This document shows, one piece after another, positions 1 to 12,862 of a stretch of 64,000 bases of DNA. Source of the DNA: Microbotryum violaceum. Taxonomy: Eukaryota. Under the pieces are notes generated by a model. It worked only from the letters and a program-made list of their open reading frames with translations, did not search any database and was not told the origin of the DNA. Both the position numbers and the translations under genes were made by a program. The stretch spans positions 558,001 to 622,000 of the forward strand of contig CDLV01000015.1 of assembly GCA_001244265.2 (NCBI GenBank). The letters are read 5' to 3'. Position 1 is the first letter of the stretch. Each line of letters begins with the position of its first letter.

Positions 1-651
1 AGCCGACTCGTCCATGATCAGACAGTGCCTGGTCAGATCTGACATACATCATTGAGCGTCCCTCGTTAACGCTTTTCTCGTTTCCATAGTGTTTCCTTTG
101 TTTTTTGTATTTTCGGGTGCACCTATCGCAATGCGCATACACAGTGCCACGGATTGAAATATGTACTACATAGTAAGCGCGGAGCTCGAGGGAATAAGCG
201 CTCCAGTCAAAACTTCCGGACGTCCCGGAATAAGCGCTCCAGTCGGAACTCCGGGACCTGTGCTCTCGGGTTGAGACACGACGTGCCGAGACATGCCCTG
301 ACATACCGACAGTTTCTTGACAGTGTTTGCCAGAGACTCGCACCGCGCACCACAGCTCGCTTATAGCCTTTTCCTTTCGGTTCAATTTCCAACGTCGCTC
401 TTGTTCCCATTATCACCATCACCCCCAAGCAGCAAATAAATTTGTTGGGAGCGCGGTGCTCGACGAGTCGCTGCTCTAGCAAATTCGCCTCGGCCCTCGC
501 TCCACTTGGAATTCGAGTTTCGACGCCCATCTTCCGCACCGCAGCGATCGTAGCGGTGGATACCTACGGGGCGTCCCCTTCCATCCAACCCCACCCTCGG
601 CGCTACGCTCGAGTTGCATTGCTTTGCTCCTGGACTGAGCTTGGGGCCAAC

Positions 652-2119
652 ATGAGCCCTGACGGTGCCGTTGCGGGATCGGACCAAAGCACGTCTGGTC
701 GGGCCGTCGGCCCCTCGGCGGCTACGACTGGAGGAGCCAAGGTCATGAGCTCCAAACGTGGGAGGAAGCAAGACGACACCTTGCAACCGTCTGTGAGTTA
801 CGAGTTTCCCGTGGATGCAGCATCGTACTGATTGACCTTGGCTCGGCTCGTCTCGTTCGCCGTCGACGCAGCGCGCTCGCGACGTGCAACGCGCCTTTCG
901 AGCCCGACGAGCGGAGCACCTGTCGGCACTCGAGGACAAGGTCCGAACGTTGCAGCAAGAGAATGCCGAGTTACAGCGCGAGCTGGCATACTACAAGGGC
1001 GAAACGAATTGCTCCGTCCCCTCGACTTTGACCAGTCAGGACGCCACCGCTGCGGGTGCTTCGACTTCGTCTCGTTCGGCTACGACCGAATCCGCGGGAA
1101 GCCTTGTCTCCTCCGGCCCCGGGTCGCGCAGGGGGGTCAAGCGAACCAAGAGCAGTAGCAAGGGCCCGTCCCCAGCCTCGATCTTGCACGAGGACAGGTA
1201 CAAGGAAGAGCCGTCGCGATCATCGCTCGCTCCCGGGCATCTGCCGCTTGAAGATGAGCAACGCCGATCTATGTCACAGGACCAGAACCAGGGACCGCGG
1301 GACCAGCCCTGGGGCCATGCTACTACCACGACCTACGCTTGGCGACCCACGCAGCAAATCTACACCCCGCCTCCTCCTGCGGCCGCCACCCCGTGGGCAC
1401 CTCCCTGGTCCCCCCCTTCGTACTCGACCCTACCTCCGCAGCAGGATCCTTCTGAAGCTGTCGGTGACTCTCCCCAACTGCCCGAGCGACCTGCGATGTC
1501 TCCGCTTCCCTCAAAGCGCAGGAGGCCGTCGTCGGCGACGACAACGATGGATTCAAACACCGACTCGCCCATGTCTCCGACGTGTCCGATCCGCGGCTCT
1601 GCTCCCTCCGCGACCACGGGCGCCGCTCCAGCGGATCCCAAGACCAATTCGGCCGCGTCAGTCCTCGTCGAGTGGAGCAAGCAGGCCTCGGCACGGTCGT
1701 ACTCGACCACATCGAGCTCGTGCTGCCCCCCTTCGGTGCCGGCCCCTTCGGCCGATCTTACGGCGCGAGAATTGTGTGGTGCCTCGGCCGATGCGGATTG
1801 CTGTCAACCACCTCCCGCCGGAGGCTCGATGATCGAGGTGAGGACGGCGGGATCTCTGAACGAGCACGAGGGCGAAAACGGGAGCCGCCATTTTTTGCTC
1901 TCAGTCTTTGGCGGACCGGAGGGGAATGCGAGCACAAACGCGAATGCAAAGGGGTTTGGGACGGCGAAAATCAAGAATATCGCGTACGACCCGAACCTGT
2001 GTTGCGGTGGGTTGATCGATTGCAATGGGCCGTTGTTTCAGAACAGTAGCCTTCCGGCGGAGCAGGTGCTTGCTTTGGCCGAGGCGAGTCGGGCCGTCGA
2101 GTCTGGCGCAGTGGCATGA
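652..2119 (+). CDS. bZIP transcription factor with Cys-rich C-terminus
   Basis: ATG at 652. GT-AG intron 793-871 joins KRGRKQDDTLQPS to RARDVQRAFRARRAEHLSALEDKVRTLQQENAELQREL (basic region plus leucine zipper). C-terminal CCGGLIDC. Confidence 0.85.
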
Positions 2120-2250
2120 GCTTGGCTTGGCATTCTTTCGGGGCACAGACACTTGTACTTTTCATATTCTCTTCCTTCCCTCTCTCGTTTTGTGGGTTTT
2201 ACATAATTGGATTGTTGTACCTCCTTGCATTGCATACAAACGGACACTCT

Positions 2251-3455
2251 TCACTGCCACGCTCGCATCGTCTCGATTGAAGGCGACCATTCGTGCCAGA
2301 GGGCGCGACCTTGCTCCAGCATGGCCGGATGAGGGTTTATAGGCTTCCCGTGGACATCGATGTAGAGGACCCCGTCGTTGGATCTGGTTTCTTGCAGCCA
2401 TTTCGAAAGGGGCGGATCCTCGAGTGCTTGGTCGGCCTCGGCGGTAACAAGAGAGGGGATCGCCGAGCTGATACATTTGCCACCTGGGGAAAAAGCGTAC
2501 GCCGGTGAGCGCTGATGGGTCCCATCCTTTTTCGAGCTTGCGCGCATGGGCATGGGTCTGCAGACTTGCCTTGTTCATCCGTACTGACGAAGGGAAACCA
2601 CCACAAAACCCATCTCAGAAAGAACCTCGTCCACGCCGAACTTTCCCTGTTCAAGCCCGAAGTGGGGACGAACCCAGGTGAGATGGCGACGACGTCGACG
2701 TCGCGGGTCTTGAGCGTCGATTTCCAGTAGTGTGCGTTCGCCATTTGGGTGAACTTGGTCGATCGGTAACGTTCCATCGAGAGTGTCGAGGGGGACTTGA
2801 GGATCGTGGGGAGGGACGCCACGGAAGAGGCGGGAACCTTGGTGTGGAGGCCCGAAGAGGTGACGATGATGCGAGGATGGGGAACCGAGCTCGTGGGTTT
2901 GAGCAGTGGGGAGACGAGATGCAGTAGCATGTGCTGAGCTAGGGGCGAGTTTCAAGTTGGCGAGAGATCGACAGGGGTTAGCATGATGAGCTATGCCTGG
3001 CCAGCAGAGCCGTTCCGCAACCGACCGAATGTATTGACAATCGCTTCTTTGCACCATCCACCCGAGAGTGCCTCAAACTTGGCGGTGTAGACGCCGGCAT
3101 TGAGAAGGATGCACTGGATGCCCCCTTGGTGCCGATCCGGCGCGTCGGTTCGTGCTCGTGAAGATTCTGGTGTAGATTCCGCTCCACTCCCCTCTACAAG
3201 CAGCTTGACTTGATCACTGAAGGTTCTCACACTCTCGAACGACTCGAGATCGAGGTGTAGGACGTGTGGCTTTGGAATCTGAGAAGGCACGATGGTTGCC
3301 AACCTGGCTTGGGTCGCCGCGACGTCGCGAGCCCCGATGATGAGTCGCCAGCTTGGGGATGCAGGAGAGGTGGTAGAAGGGACATGGCTGTACAAGTGTC
3401 GAAGAGCTTGAAGACCGAGACCGGACGAGCAACCGGTGCACAAGAGGGTCGGCAT
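2251..3455 (-). CDS. Short-chain dehydrogenase/reductase, multi-exon
   Basis: TGCSSGLG Rossmann motif, LNAG, VTSSGLH and YRSTK (YxxxK) across ORFs 2991-3617, 2337-2930 and 2251-2553. Confidence 0.85.
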
Positions 3456-4019
3456 CGTAGTGTCTGCGGGCAAGGAAGGAAGGCTTTCCCGGATAGCGAG
3501 CGGGTTGGTCAAGTGGGGTACAAGTGGGGGAACGGCGCAGCTGGAAAGCGCGCGCAGTGGAATTAACTTGCGGTCGACATTTCCCGTGGTCTCGGCGGCA
3601 TTATTGCTTTGGGACACGTGTGCTTTGCGACAATGATCATTAAAAACACAGGTCTTGGGAGGGCGCTGGCTCAGGTCCGCCTGCAGACTTGGGCATTTGA
3701 TCCCGTTTTCGATCGGCCGGCCCGGTCAACCAATATATCCGGGAGCTCCAGCAGCGGCAGGGTAAAGGCGGATAATGTCGATAATTTCTAAACAAATTTG
3801 GGGATTGCACCGTATCTTGCCACCCTTTTTGTGGGAGAGTTTACCCAAAGTCATGGGTTTCCGGAGGCGGGAGCGCTGTGCACTCGCTGTGCCACTGCTT
3901 CAGTGCCCGACTGGAGTGTCGTCGCGCTCATAGACCCGGGACGGCCCCCTTTTATCTCATCTCTCATCTCTCATCTCTTATCTCTCATCCACTCGGCCCC
4001 CCACCAACCCCCCACAGCC

Positions 4020-5841
4020 ATGGCCAGCTCCAACAGTGCGCTCAAGATCTTTTCGGGCAAGTGCCAACCCTTCGCCTTGCTCCAGAGAAGGAGGAACGCG
4101 CTACTGACCCTGACCGCCGCGAACGGACGTCGCACAGGCACGTCGCACCCGGAACTGGCGCAACTCATCTGCCGTCGCCTTGGACTGCCGCTCGGCAACT
4201 CAAGCATCGTCACCTTGCCCTCGGGAGAGCTTTCGTACGTGGGAGCTCATCTCGCGCTAAACTCGGACCTTGTTCGTTTTGTACTGATCGCTGACTTTTG
4301 GCACTCCTCCCTGTCTCGCGCCGCGCCTTTGCACGTGATGGTCTCTCGGTGAACCGTCGACATTGCGCTTCGTGACACAGCGTCACCTTCCACGAGTCCG
4401 TTCGTGAAGCCGACGTCTACATCGTCGCCACTGCTTCCTCCGATGAGACCGGCACCAATGGTGCCTTGATGGAGTCAGTCCCCCACCCTCGTTCGCGGTC
4501 ATTGTCATCGTCGTCGTCGTCTTCGCCGTCTTGCCCCTGGGCCACACGGACATCTTCCGAAACCACGACGAGCTTGAACTTATCGTGTTTTTTTTTTGTA
4601 ATCTCACAGACTCTGCATCATGGCCCACACCCTTCGGATAGCCTCGGCGCGAAGGATCACCGCCGTTGTGTGAGTTTGACCCGCTAAACCCCCCGGCTTC
4701 GGAGAGATTCGGCTCTCGTTCGTCGTGGCTAGGGGATACACCACGTGGTCACGGAAATCCCCTGTCGAGTCCCCGACGTCGCATATATTGGGTGCTCATC
4801 ATTGCTTCGTGTCCCTTTTCTGGTGTTCGCTTTCCGCCCAGACAGTCCTCACTTCCCTTACGCTCGCCAGGACAAAAAGGACAAGTCCCGAGCTCCGATC
4901 ACGGCCAAGCTCGTCGCCAACATGCTCGTGCGCGGAGCCGGTATCGATCACGTCATCGTGAGTGGTGATATCACCTTCTTTCGTCTTAAAAACATCCTGA
5001 CGACTCGTTCTGCGATACTGTGGTCCCCTCGGCACTTGCTCGAGCAGACGATGGACCTGCACGCCAGTCAGATCCAAGGCTTCTTTGACATTCCCGTCGA
5101 CAAGTGAGTACGGTCCGACGATCTCACAATGGCTCAAGGCTATAGTCGAGTGACTGAGCCTCCGCCCTCCTGTTTCCCTGTGCAGTGTGAGCTTGCCAGT
5201 CGAGACCTCGGCGAAGAATGAAACAGCCGTCCCCCGCCAATCCTGCACTGAACCCTGCCTACCCTTTTTCCCCATCTTCCCCACTTTCGCAGCTCTACGC
5301 CGAACCGACGATGTTGCAATACCTCCGCGAGACAATGGGCCAAGAGATCCGCAACGCCGTGATCGTCTCCCCCGACGCCGGTGGCGCCAAGCGTGCGTCG
5401 TCCATGGCCGCCGCGCTCGACCTCGACTTTGCGCTGTTCCACAAGGAACGCAAAAAGGCGAACGAGATCGCGCGCATGGTGCTCGTCGGCAACGTCGAGG
5501 GTAAGACCGCGATCCTGATCGACGACATGGCCGACACGTGCGGTACGCTCGCGCTCGCGGCCAAGCATTTGCTCTCGGGTGGGGCCAAGACCGTGCTCGC
5601 TTTGGTCACGCACGGAATCCTGTCCGGTCCGGCGTTGAAGGTGCTCGGGGAGAGCCAGATCGAGAGGCTGATCGTGACCAACTCGATCCCGCAACGGGCG
5701 CACCGCGAAGGGTGTGCGAAGTTGCGCGAGATCGATGTCAGTCACGTCCTGGCCGAGGCGGTGAGGAGGTCCCACTTCGGCGAGAGTGTCAGCGCGCTCT
5801 TCCACGTCGTACCGTTTACGCCGGTCAGTCTGGACTCGTAA
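4020..5841 (+). CDS. PRS: Ribose-phosphate pyrophosphokinase
   Basis: [77 protein letters not shown]; many introns. Confidence 0.96.
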
Positions 5842-6277
5842 ACAGCTCCCACGACATGAGATTGCGTCTGCTCATCGTTTGCATGGGGTTTCTTTGTGAC
5901 TACAGGCAACAAGACTTGATTACGCCCAAAGCGAGGACGAGGCGGTTAAGGCCAAGGTTCCGATCATGCTCAACAACGGCCAAGTTGTCAACGTATAGAC
6001 CACCGAACGCATTCTCTTCTCTCTCCTTTGTGGATCCCCCATATTTCTGATTTGTACCGATACAACTTTCGCCCCGCATTCTTCTTGTCCGGTTTGGTTG
6101 AGAAGAAAAAGAGAACACTTGAAACGACCAGACGTCTCGACGGACTATCTGGAAAACGGCTTCGCTCGCCTGATGATGCAGCACGGCAACGTACACACGC
6201 TCTTGGTCAAGTGCGTGCAGCTGGCGTATTTTGGGCGGTGTTCTATATTCTACAAAGAGGGTGTACATTTTTATTTT

Positions 6278-7307
6278 CTAAATTCGAACGGTCGTGGCGG
6301 CGCCTCTTGAGAGGGCTTGCAAATCTTGTTCTCTGTGGGCAAGCGTCGGGCAAGGATCGGGCTGGTCAGCTCGTGGCCCGGGAGCATTTTGTGAATGAGC
6401 TGGAGCCAAACTTGCATCGCCCAAATGTGTGATTTGAGCGCGAGCACCTCCAAATGTTCGGCTTCCTGTAATCGTTGATCATCGAGACGGCCCGCGATCA
6501 GTTTCTCCGAGCCAGTGGCCAAAAGCCAGTAGATGATCTACTTACGAGCAATTTGCGATACTCCTTTCTGAGTGTATCAATTTGGTCGTTCGTACTGGAC
6601 GATTTGCGTAATTCGTTGACGGTTTTCTCGACCGCTTCGATCCGTTCGATGTGGCTCGTCATCTGTGGACGGACGTGTAGGGTGGCGGTGCGTTGGACGT
6701 CAGGTTTTTTCGGTTGCGGGTTCTGTCGGTCTCTTAGAACAAGTGAAAGCGTACTTTTTTTGTCGAGACGTGCAATTCTTGCACGGAGTCGAGCAACGCT
6801 TTCGAAGCGGTCATGTAGTCTTGCAAGAGGTGTGTGTAGCCCCAAATGCCGACGGTGGTCATCCCGAGCAAAAATCCGATTAGGCTGTGGGGGGGGAGGG
6901 AGGAGGTGGGTTCAGGCCTGTAGAGAGTACGATTGTACTCTGCACTAAACTGACCCTCCTCTGAAAGCACCGATGGGCCGCTGTACTCTGGTCAAGAGTG
7001 GGGAAGGTTCGATTTTTGGTACGGGTTCAGGTGCGAGCGGGGTCAGTCGACTCGTCGAGCTTGAGCTGGCCAGGGGGGATGTTGAGGCTGGAGTGGCGAG
7101 GTCCGCTGTAGAGGATGGCGTGGAGAATGGCTTGGAGGCTGTTGGGTCGTCCGGAAGGATGACGGTCTGTTGCGGTTGGGTCGCATAGCAGCGTACGGCG
7201 TGGGCGAGCGCGAGAGCGAGCGCTGGGGTTCGTGCTGGGGTTGGCTGGTGGTGCAGCGTCGAACAGGCCAAGAGGGAAAGTCGGCAAGAAAGACGCCGTG
7301 TTGCCAT
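6278..7307 (-). CDS. Hypothetical single-pass membrane protein, probably mitochondrial
   Basis: Arg/Leu/Ser-rich presequence-like N-terminus, RPIGAFRGG, hydrophobic LIGFLLGMTTVGIWGY, then coiled-coil exons ending IEQDLQALSRGAATTVRI*. Confidence 0.65.
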
Positions 7308-7542
7308 GCTGGACGAGCGCTGTGACCCGTCGCCGGTGTGTGCAAGAGAGGCTAATGAGCTCAAGAGTAGCTCAAAGAGTAGCTCAAGGACCAGAGGCGA
7401 ATCGCCAGTTTGGTCGCTCCTCGCCGCTCGCTCTCTTTCTTCCTCAGTCTTCCAGAGTCTTCCTCACTTCTTCCTCTCGCAAGCTGCTCCTCATTGTCTA
7501 CGTGACCGTACGACTACCCCTTGGCGCTTCCATGTCGCGGTC

Positions 7543-10500
7543 ATGGCACCCAAGCGACCCAACGATGAATCTTCGGACTCGGTAGCACCCAGGCGTGACT
7601 ACAAGCGACAACGTCTGCAGCAGCAGCGCACCATCAATGTACAGCGAGCACCCACTTCCGCTTCACGCTCGGGGGCGCCGGCTGCTGCTGCCACTACTGT
7701 TCGACCACCACGAACGACGGCAGCACCCAGAGCAGGCGGATCAGCAGCACGCGGTCAGTCGCTGAGACTTGCTCACGTTGCAAAGCACCGTTGCTAATAC
7801 TGGACTGTACACTCAGGCAATGATCAGCTCCCTCCTACGATCGACGTCGACAAGTTTGCCCAGGTCAGCAACAGCCTGCTCGCACAAATATCGGCGATGG
7901 GTTTTCCTGGCTGACTCGGAAGTTCCTTTCTACTAGGCCCGCTCATTCGAGATTGAAGCCATGCGAAGGGCGATCAAGTCGGCAAAGTCGGTCCACTCGC
8001 GAACAAGTTTCTTTGTCCGAGTGGTCGCTCTTCTTGAACAAGACTGACTCGGACGCCTGGCATCGCACAGGGAAGCGAATACGCAACGAGCATTCCAGTC
8101 ACTACCTCGACACCTGAGACGACGGGCGGCCAGTCACAACGTTCGTCGACTACCGACCCGACTGAGGAAGCGCGCGCTGGCCGAGGTACGGACGCCTTAC
8201 CAGCGACGACCTCATGCTGGGCACCTATCCCAGGAGCTGACCAAAACGCCACTCCGAATCACTCACAGGTCCCCAAGGATGCGGCCAAACCAAAAAAAGT
8301 GACACGCAAGATGCTTGGTCCGAGGCGGCGACTGCGAGGGCGGTCCAAGGCTGCCGCATTGCTCAAGCGTCAGCGCGGCAAGTTGTGGCTCGAGACCCAT
8401 GTCTGGCACGCCAAAAGGACCCACATGACGACACGATGGGGCCATAGATTGGTGAGAAGAGTCTTTTTCTAGGTACGTGATCTACAGTCAGCGCTCACCA
8501 GAAATCTAATCAACAGGCGATTCGACCGACGGAAAAAGCTTTCCGACCGTCGTACCGCGCCAGTGTCCACGGCGCGCTCGTCCACGACGCCAGCTACCTG
8601 CAGTACATCGAGCTCACGGGGCCGCAGGATCAACTCGAGCACCTTGTGAGGTTGCTGTGCCCCTTGACACCGGCGGGGCCGGCTTCGAAACGGTGAGAGC
8701 GCATGGACGGGCTTTTGCCGTGTGAAGCCCCCCTGCCGGCCGTTGCTGACTCGCCAGTCTGGGGTCTCTTGCAGGTTCACCTCTGGAATTCGCGAATGCA
8801 GTGCCAACATCTACCCCCCGCGACCTCATCCAGACTCGTTGGCCCCACCACCGGTCTTGATCGGACCTGCGTGCTTCATCTGGGACGTGGCTCCTCCGGA
8901 GGCGACCGCGATGGCTTCTTCCAGCGCCAGCACCTCGAAGGCACCGATTCCGGGCCCGCCGTTGCGACGACTGCTCGTACGGCTCCACCCCACTTTCAAC
9001 AAGGCTGTCCTGGGCGTCGTTCAGACGCACCTCAAGCAGGACCCGGTCACGCTATCGGGCATCGGCGCGAGACCGCTCGAGCAAGAGGTGTTGACGTTCG
9101 AACTGACAGGCCAGCGCTCGACCGAGATCATCAAAGCGTGTCTAAAGCCGACGCTCGCGAATGCGCCCAGCAAGCTCGACGCTTGGAAGCGCCTTGATGA
9201 CAAGGCCGGACCGGCGGGGGTGCCGACTTCGATGGTATTGGGGTTGAGCGTCTACGACCCGAGGTTGAGGTGAGCGACAGTGGCCCGCGGATGAGCCGCC
9301 GCGAAGAGGTAAGCTGATGAAGGATCCCCTTCCCCATCACGGGCTTTCAGCTTCCCTCCCAAGTTGGCCAAGGCGTCCACCAACCCTTCCAAACCACAGA
9401 ATGCGAAAGCCACGACGCTGCTGCAGCCGGGGACGGAACTCGCTCATGTCCATGACTTTTGGTCACCCAAGGTAAGGGCGGCGTTGAGGAAGCCGCATTA
9501 CACCAAGCACGACCTCGACCAACGACGCGCCGAGCTGCTCGTCCCCGGCACAACCTTGACTGCACAAGCGCAAGATGATCGTATTCCCGTGCTCCTGGTG
9601 CAACGTTCGCTCGCGGCGGCGCCGAACGCGCCCGAAGCGATGTACGGCTGGACGCTTATCGTGCCCGCGGGGTGGGGAATGGCGTTTTGGACCTCGTTGG
9701 TCCACACTCAATCGCGCGTCGGAGGGTTGCAACAGGTGCGACAGCAATCGTTCGAAGCCGGGCTCGCGACGTGGCCGCAGGATTTCGTTGGGACGCGCGC
9801 ATTCGACGAGTACGAACTCGCGCGTGAGGTCGAGGACAAGGGGTATTGGGATCGACGACCGCCGGCGAAGCGGCCGAGCTGGGAAAAATTGGGGACCGAG
9901 GCACCTTGGCGGGCCGAAGTGGGCCAGATCGTGGAGCGGCGGTGGAAGGGGCAGGGGTTCGCGGCGGGAGCGCGTCCGGGGGGGAGCCAGAAGAAGTTGC
10001 TCTGGTTGGTCGAAGCGACGATCGCACGCGGGGTCGAGCACGTCTTGATGGAGCGCGAACGAACCGAGGGCAGAAGTAAGACGACTACCAAGCAGGCGAA
10101 AGGGAAAAGAAAAGCATCAGCGAGTGTGACGACGACCAAGCCCACGGGCGCTTCAGCCCTCGTCGACGAATACGTCAAGCGGCTCGTCGAAGAGTTCGAC
10201 TCGGCGAGTGCGACCAACGAGGCGGAGCTGCTGCTCGAAACAGCGCTCGTGCAGTGTCGCGTCACCCCTCTCGGCCGAGGAGCGCCGGAAGAACTGGGGC
10301 TCGTCTATTCGCTCGACCAAGAATGTCGGGACAAGGTCGCTACCGGGCTCGAGCGGAAGCAGGCCTCCGGTGGTGGTGATGAGAGTGATGACGGCGAAGA
10401 CGAGGAGGAGGAGGACGCGGCACTCGTACGTCACCCGGTTGGAGAGGAGCCTTGTTGGCCGCACTTATTCAACAGTTCTCTTGGGTGCAGTTGTGCGAGA

Positions 10501-10784
10501 TCCCGAGCAAGGAGGACGTGATGGGCCGCATTACCTCGGGTGGGTTCTCGCTCGCTCGAGGGCGAGGCCACGCCATCGCCGTTGTGCCCCTGTTTCTGTA
10601 CCTTGACCTGGTCAAGAGGGATGTCAAGTGAGTCTGGTGTCTCAAATGGATACGTGAGAATGACCTCGAGGGACTGATCGCTTTGCTCGATTTTCCCAGC
10701 ACCTCGGGTCGACGTCGCCGCATGGTGGTCGTGCGCAACCGGGACGGGGAGGTTTACAGGCCGTGCTCGTTGACCCTTTTGTAA
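7543..10784 (+). CDS. POP1: RNase P/MRP subunit Pop1
   Basis: ARSFEIEAM, RAFQSLPRHLRRRAASHNVRRLP, WLETHVWHAKR, GWTLIVPAGWGMAFW, WDRRPPAKRP, C-terminal GRITSGGFSLARGRG. Confidence 0.93.
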
Positions 10785-10980
10785 TAAGAATCGCAGTTTT
10801 TCGTTCAAAGTAGTCATGACTCGGGCTGCTCTCGCGCTGCTCTCGGGCTCCGGGGCTGTAGTCTGCGCACCGAAGCGAGCTACGGTAAATGTGAGAAAAA
10901 AAAAGTTGTACAGCTCAGCCGTTGACTTCGGTACATGTGTACTGGTCTCATAGGATCGCTGTCTCCGCGAAGGGAGTGCC

Positions 10981-11270
10981 TCTCGCGAGCGGTTTGAGGT
11001 AACCTCGTCGACCGCTATCTACTTTTTCGTAGGCGAAACAGGAGGCACAGGAATTGGGGGGTAGTGTGATGAACATCTTTGACCAAAATCAAGCCTCCCT
11101 GCGGCGATCTTCAAGCCCAAAAAAACCGAAACCAAGAAGACACGTTTCTTCATGTAGGCACAGTGGCCTGCTCATCACCCATCTGTGGGTCGTCGTTGCT
11201 TTCCTCCTTTAGCTCTTTTTGTCGCCGCCCCAGTCAACCAAAAAGTTTGCAATCTGCGAGCCTCATATGT
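10981..11270 (+). repeat. Degenerate 3'-end fragments of LINE family B (10981-11088) then family A (~11175-11265)
   Basis: 10981-11088 aligns by eye with the B tail at ~31958-32065 (gcggtttg...ggaattggggg...tgatgaaca). 11175-11265 aligns with the A tail (cgtcgttgcttt..cctcctttagctctttttgt..ttgcaat). Confidence 0.8.
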
Positions 11271-11459
11271 TTCAAAGTGAATGGCGTTCAAAAACGCCGT
11301 GCTCCCGGGCGCCGACTACTCCCGTTCTGTAACGCCTAGGCCGCCAACCTCGTTCGTTGGCGACGGGATTCTAGTACTGAATGGCGGGGTGAACTTTGGC
11401 TAAACAAGTCGTCGGGTTTTGCCGCTAGAAGACTCTGCGAACTGGAAGCTGGCCGTATG

Positions 11460-11510
11460 CTAGGTCAGGGGTAAGGATTTTTGACTAGGTCAGGGGTAGG
11501 TTTTTTGACT
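11460..11510. repeat. ~25-bp tandem duplication CTAGGTCAGGGGTA(A)GG(A/T)TTTTTGA
   Basis: Two adjacent near-identical copies seen directly. Confidence 0.8.
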
Positions 11511-11642
11511 GTGCGCTTCGACTCGGCCGTAGCGCGGGCGGTCGCGAGCCCAGCTGGCGGCGTCACTTCGCGCTCCCACCCTCTGTCCCCCCTTGAACCA
11601 TCTCGTTGAACCTCAGATTGCGTCCCCACACCGGTCTGAACC

Positions 11643-12660
11643 ATGTTGGCGCGCGACCGATCGTCTCGGAGCGACTCCGAGACGTCGGGTGCCGCCTCTG
11701 AAAACGCTGCCGCTACATCACTCCTCCCCCAGCCGCAAGGGTCGCCGCACGACACCAAATCTCCCCCCCCCCCCCCCCCCCCTGGTCCACTCTCTTGTGA
11801 TTTCGCGGTTGAGAGACCGTCTCGTGCAGTTTGAACCAGAGGAAATCAGCGCCGACGGCTTGAGCTTCCTCTTCGAGACGGTCGGTGGCGACCTGGGCAC
11901 TCTCGAGTCCTTCGCATTCGCGTCGTACGAGAGAGCGACCACGCGTCACTACCTCCTCTCGGACCAAGAACTCGCCAGGCTCTTGGACCTCGTCGAATCC
12001 ACGAGCGAGGATCTCAACCCGGGGGAGGACGAGCACGTCACCTACGTCCGCAGCTGGGCGCTCCAGATCGAGGAGCTTGCCCTGCTCGTGGCTCGTCGAT
12101 GCCTTCGCCAAGGAAGATCCGAACAAAGTCATCTACGTACGCTACGTTGGTTCGACCCGTGGTCAGACCGCATACAATCGCACTATCGAGGACCGTCGTC
12201 AGCGCAAGACCGGCATCGTGGGCGAGTTTCTGGGCACGCTGCTCGAGGTCGCTCCCCGAGCCTACGAGCACGGAAAGACGTTCGAGGTGCGTTCCGAGAT
12301 GGTACCGACTTTTCGGTTAGAGTTTCTTGACCTGAGCGAATGGCTGTGCACTTTATGCCATAGATCTGAAATGCTCGTCTGCCGTCGTCGGCGTCCCGCG
12401 ACTTGAGGGAGCAAGTCATCATCGCCTTCTTCGGGCGTGACAAACTTTTGAACGTGCAAGCCGGAGGATTTTATGCCTCCTACGCGCCCGACCCCTCCGA
12501 CATTGAGTTCCCCAAGAGCCCTACCTCGCGTTTCTTCCAGAACTTTGCCCAATGGTCCAAACCCGTCCCTCGAGCAATGATCGAACAACTCAAGCACTGG
12601 AAGGACTACGTCGCCGACCTCATCGCCAGCAACCCGCAGTCAACAACGCGCTCGGATTGA
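11643..12660 (+). pseudogene. Disrupted gene for a GIY-YIG-like protein
   Basis: VIYVRYVGST..R..ED..REQVIIAFFG..LLNVQAGG. Frameshift near 12090; in-frame TGA at 12367 after intron 12287-12363; poly-C run at ~11763-11783. Confidence 0.5.
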
Positions 12661-12774
12661 AGCGAAAGTCGGCAGTGGCAGCTGAGCCGAGGATCGACGG
12701 TGCGCCGCCCCCCTGCGGATGTTTTTGCTTGCATCGTATTGTGCGTAACACATCGTCTTTCCATGTTCTCTGAG

Positions 12775-12862
12775 GCCGAAATAGCTCAGTTGGGAGAGCA
12801 TACGCCTGAAGTATTCAGGTTCATACAGCGTAGGGTCCCTGGTTCGAGCCCGGGTTTCGGCA
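12775..12862 (+). tRNA. tRNA-Phe(GAA) with ~15-nt intron
   Basis: GCCGAAA/TTTCGGC acceptor stem, TAGCTCAGTTGG A-box, TACGC-CT-GAA..GCGTA anticodon arm, GGTTCGAGCCC T-loop, downstream T-run. Confidence 0.95.

Noticed and set aside
191-257. 36-bp tandem duplication GGAATAAGCGCTCCAGTC as a transposon subterminal repeat
   Set aside because: Only two copies; no partner end or transposase in the window
10905-10980. Possible minus-strand Pol III RNA ending in T9
   Set aside because: No A-box, B-box, cloverleaf or snRNA motif recognisable
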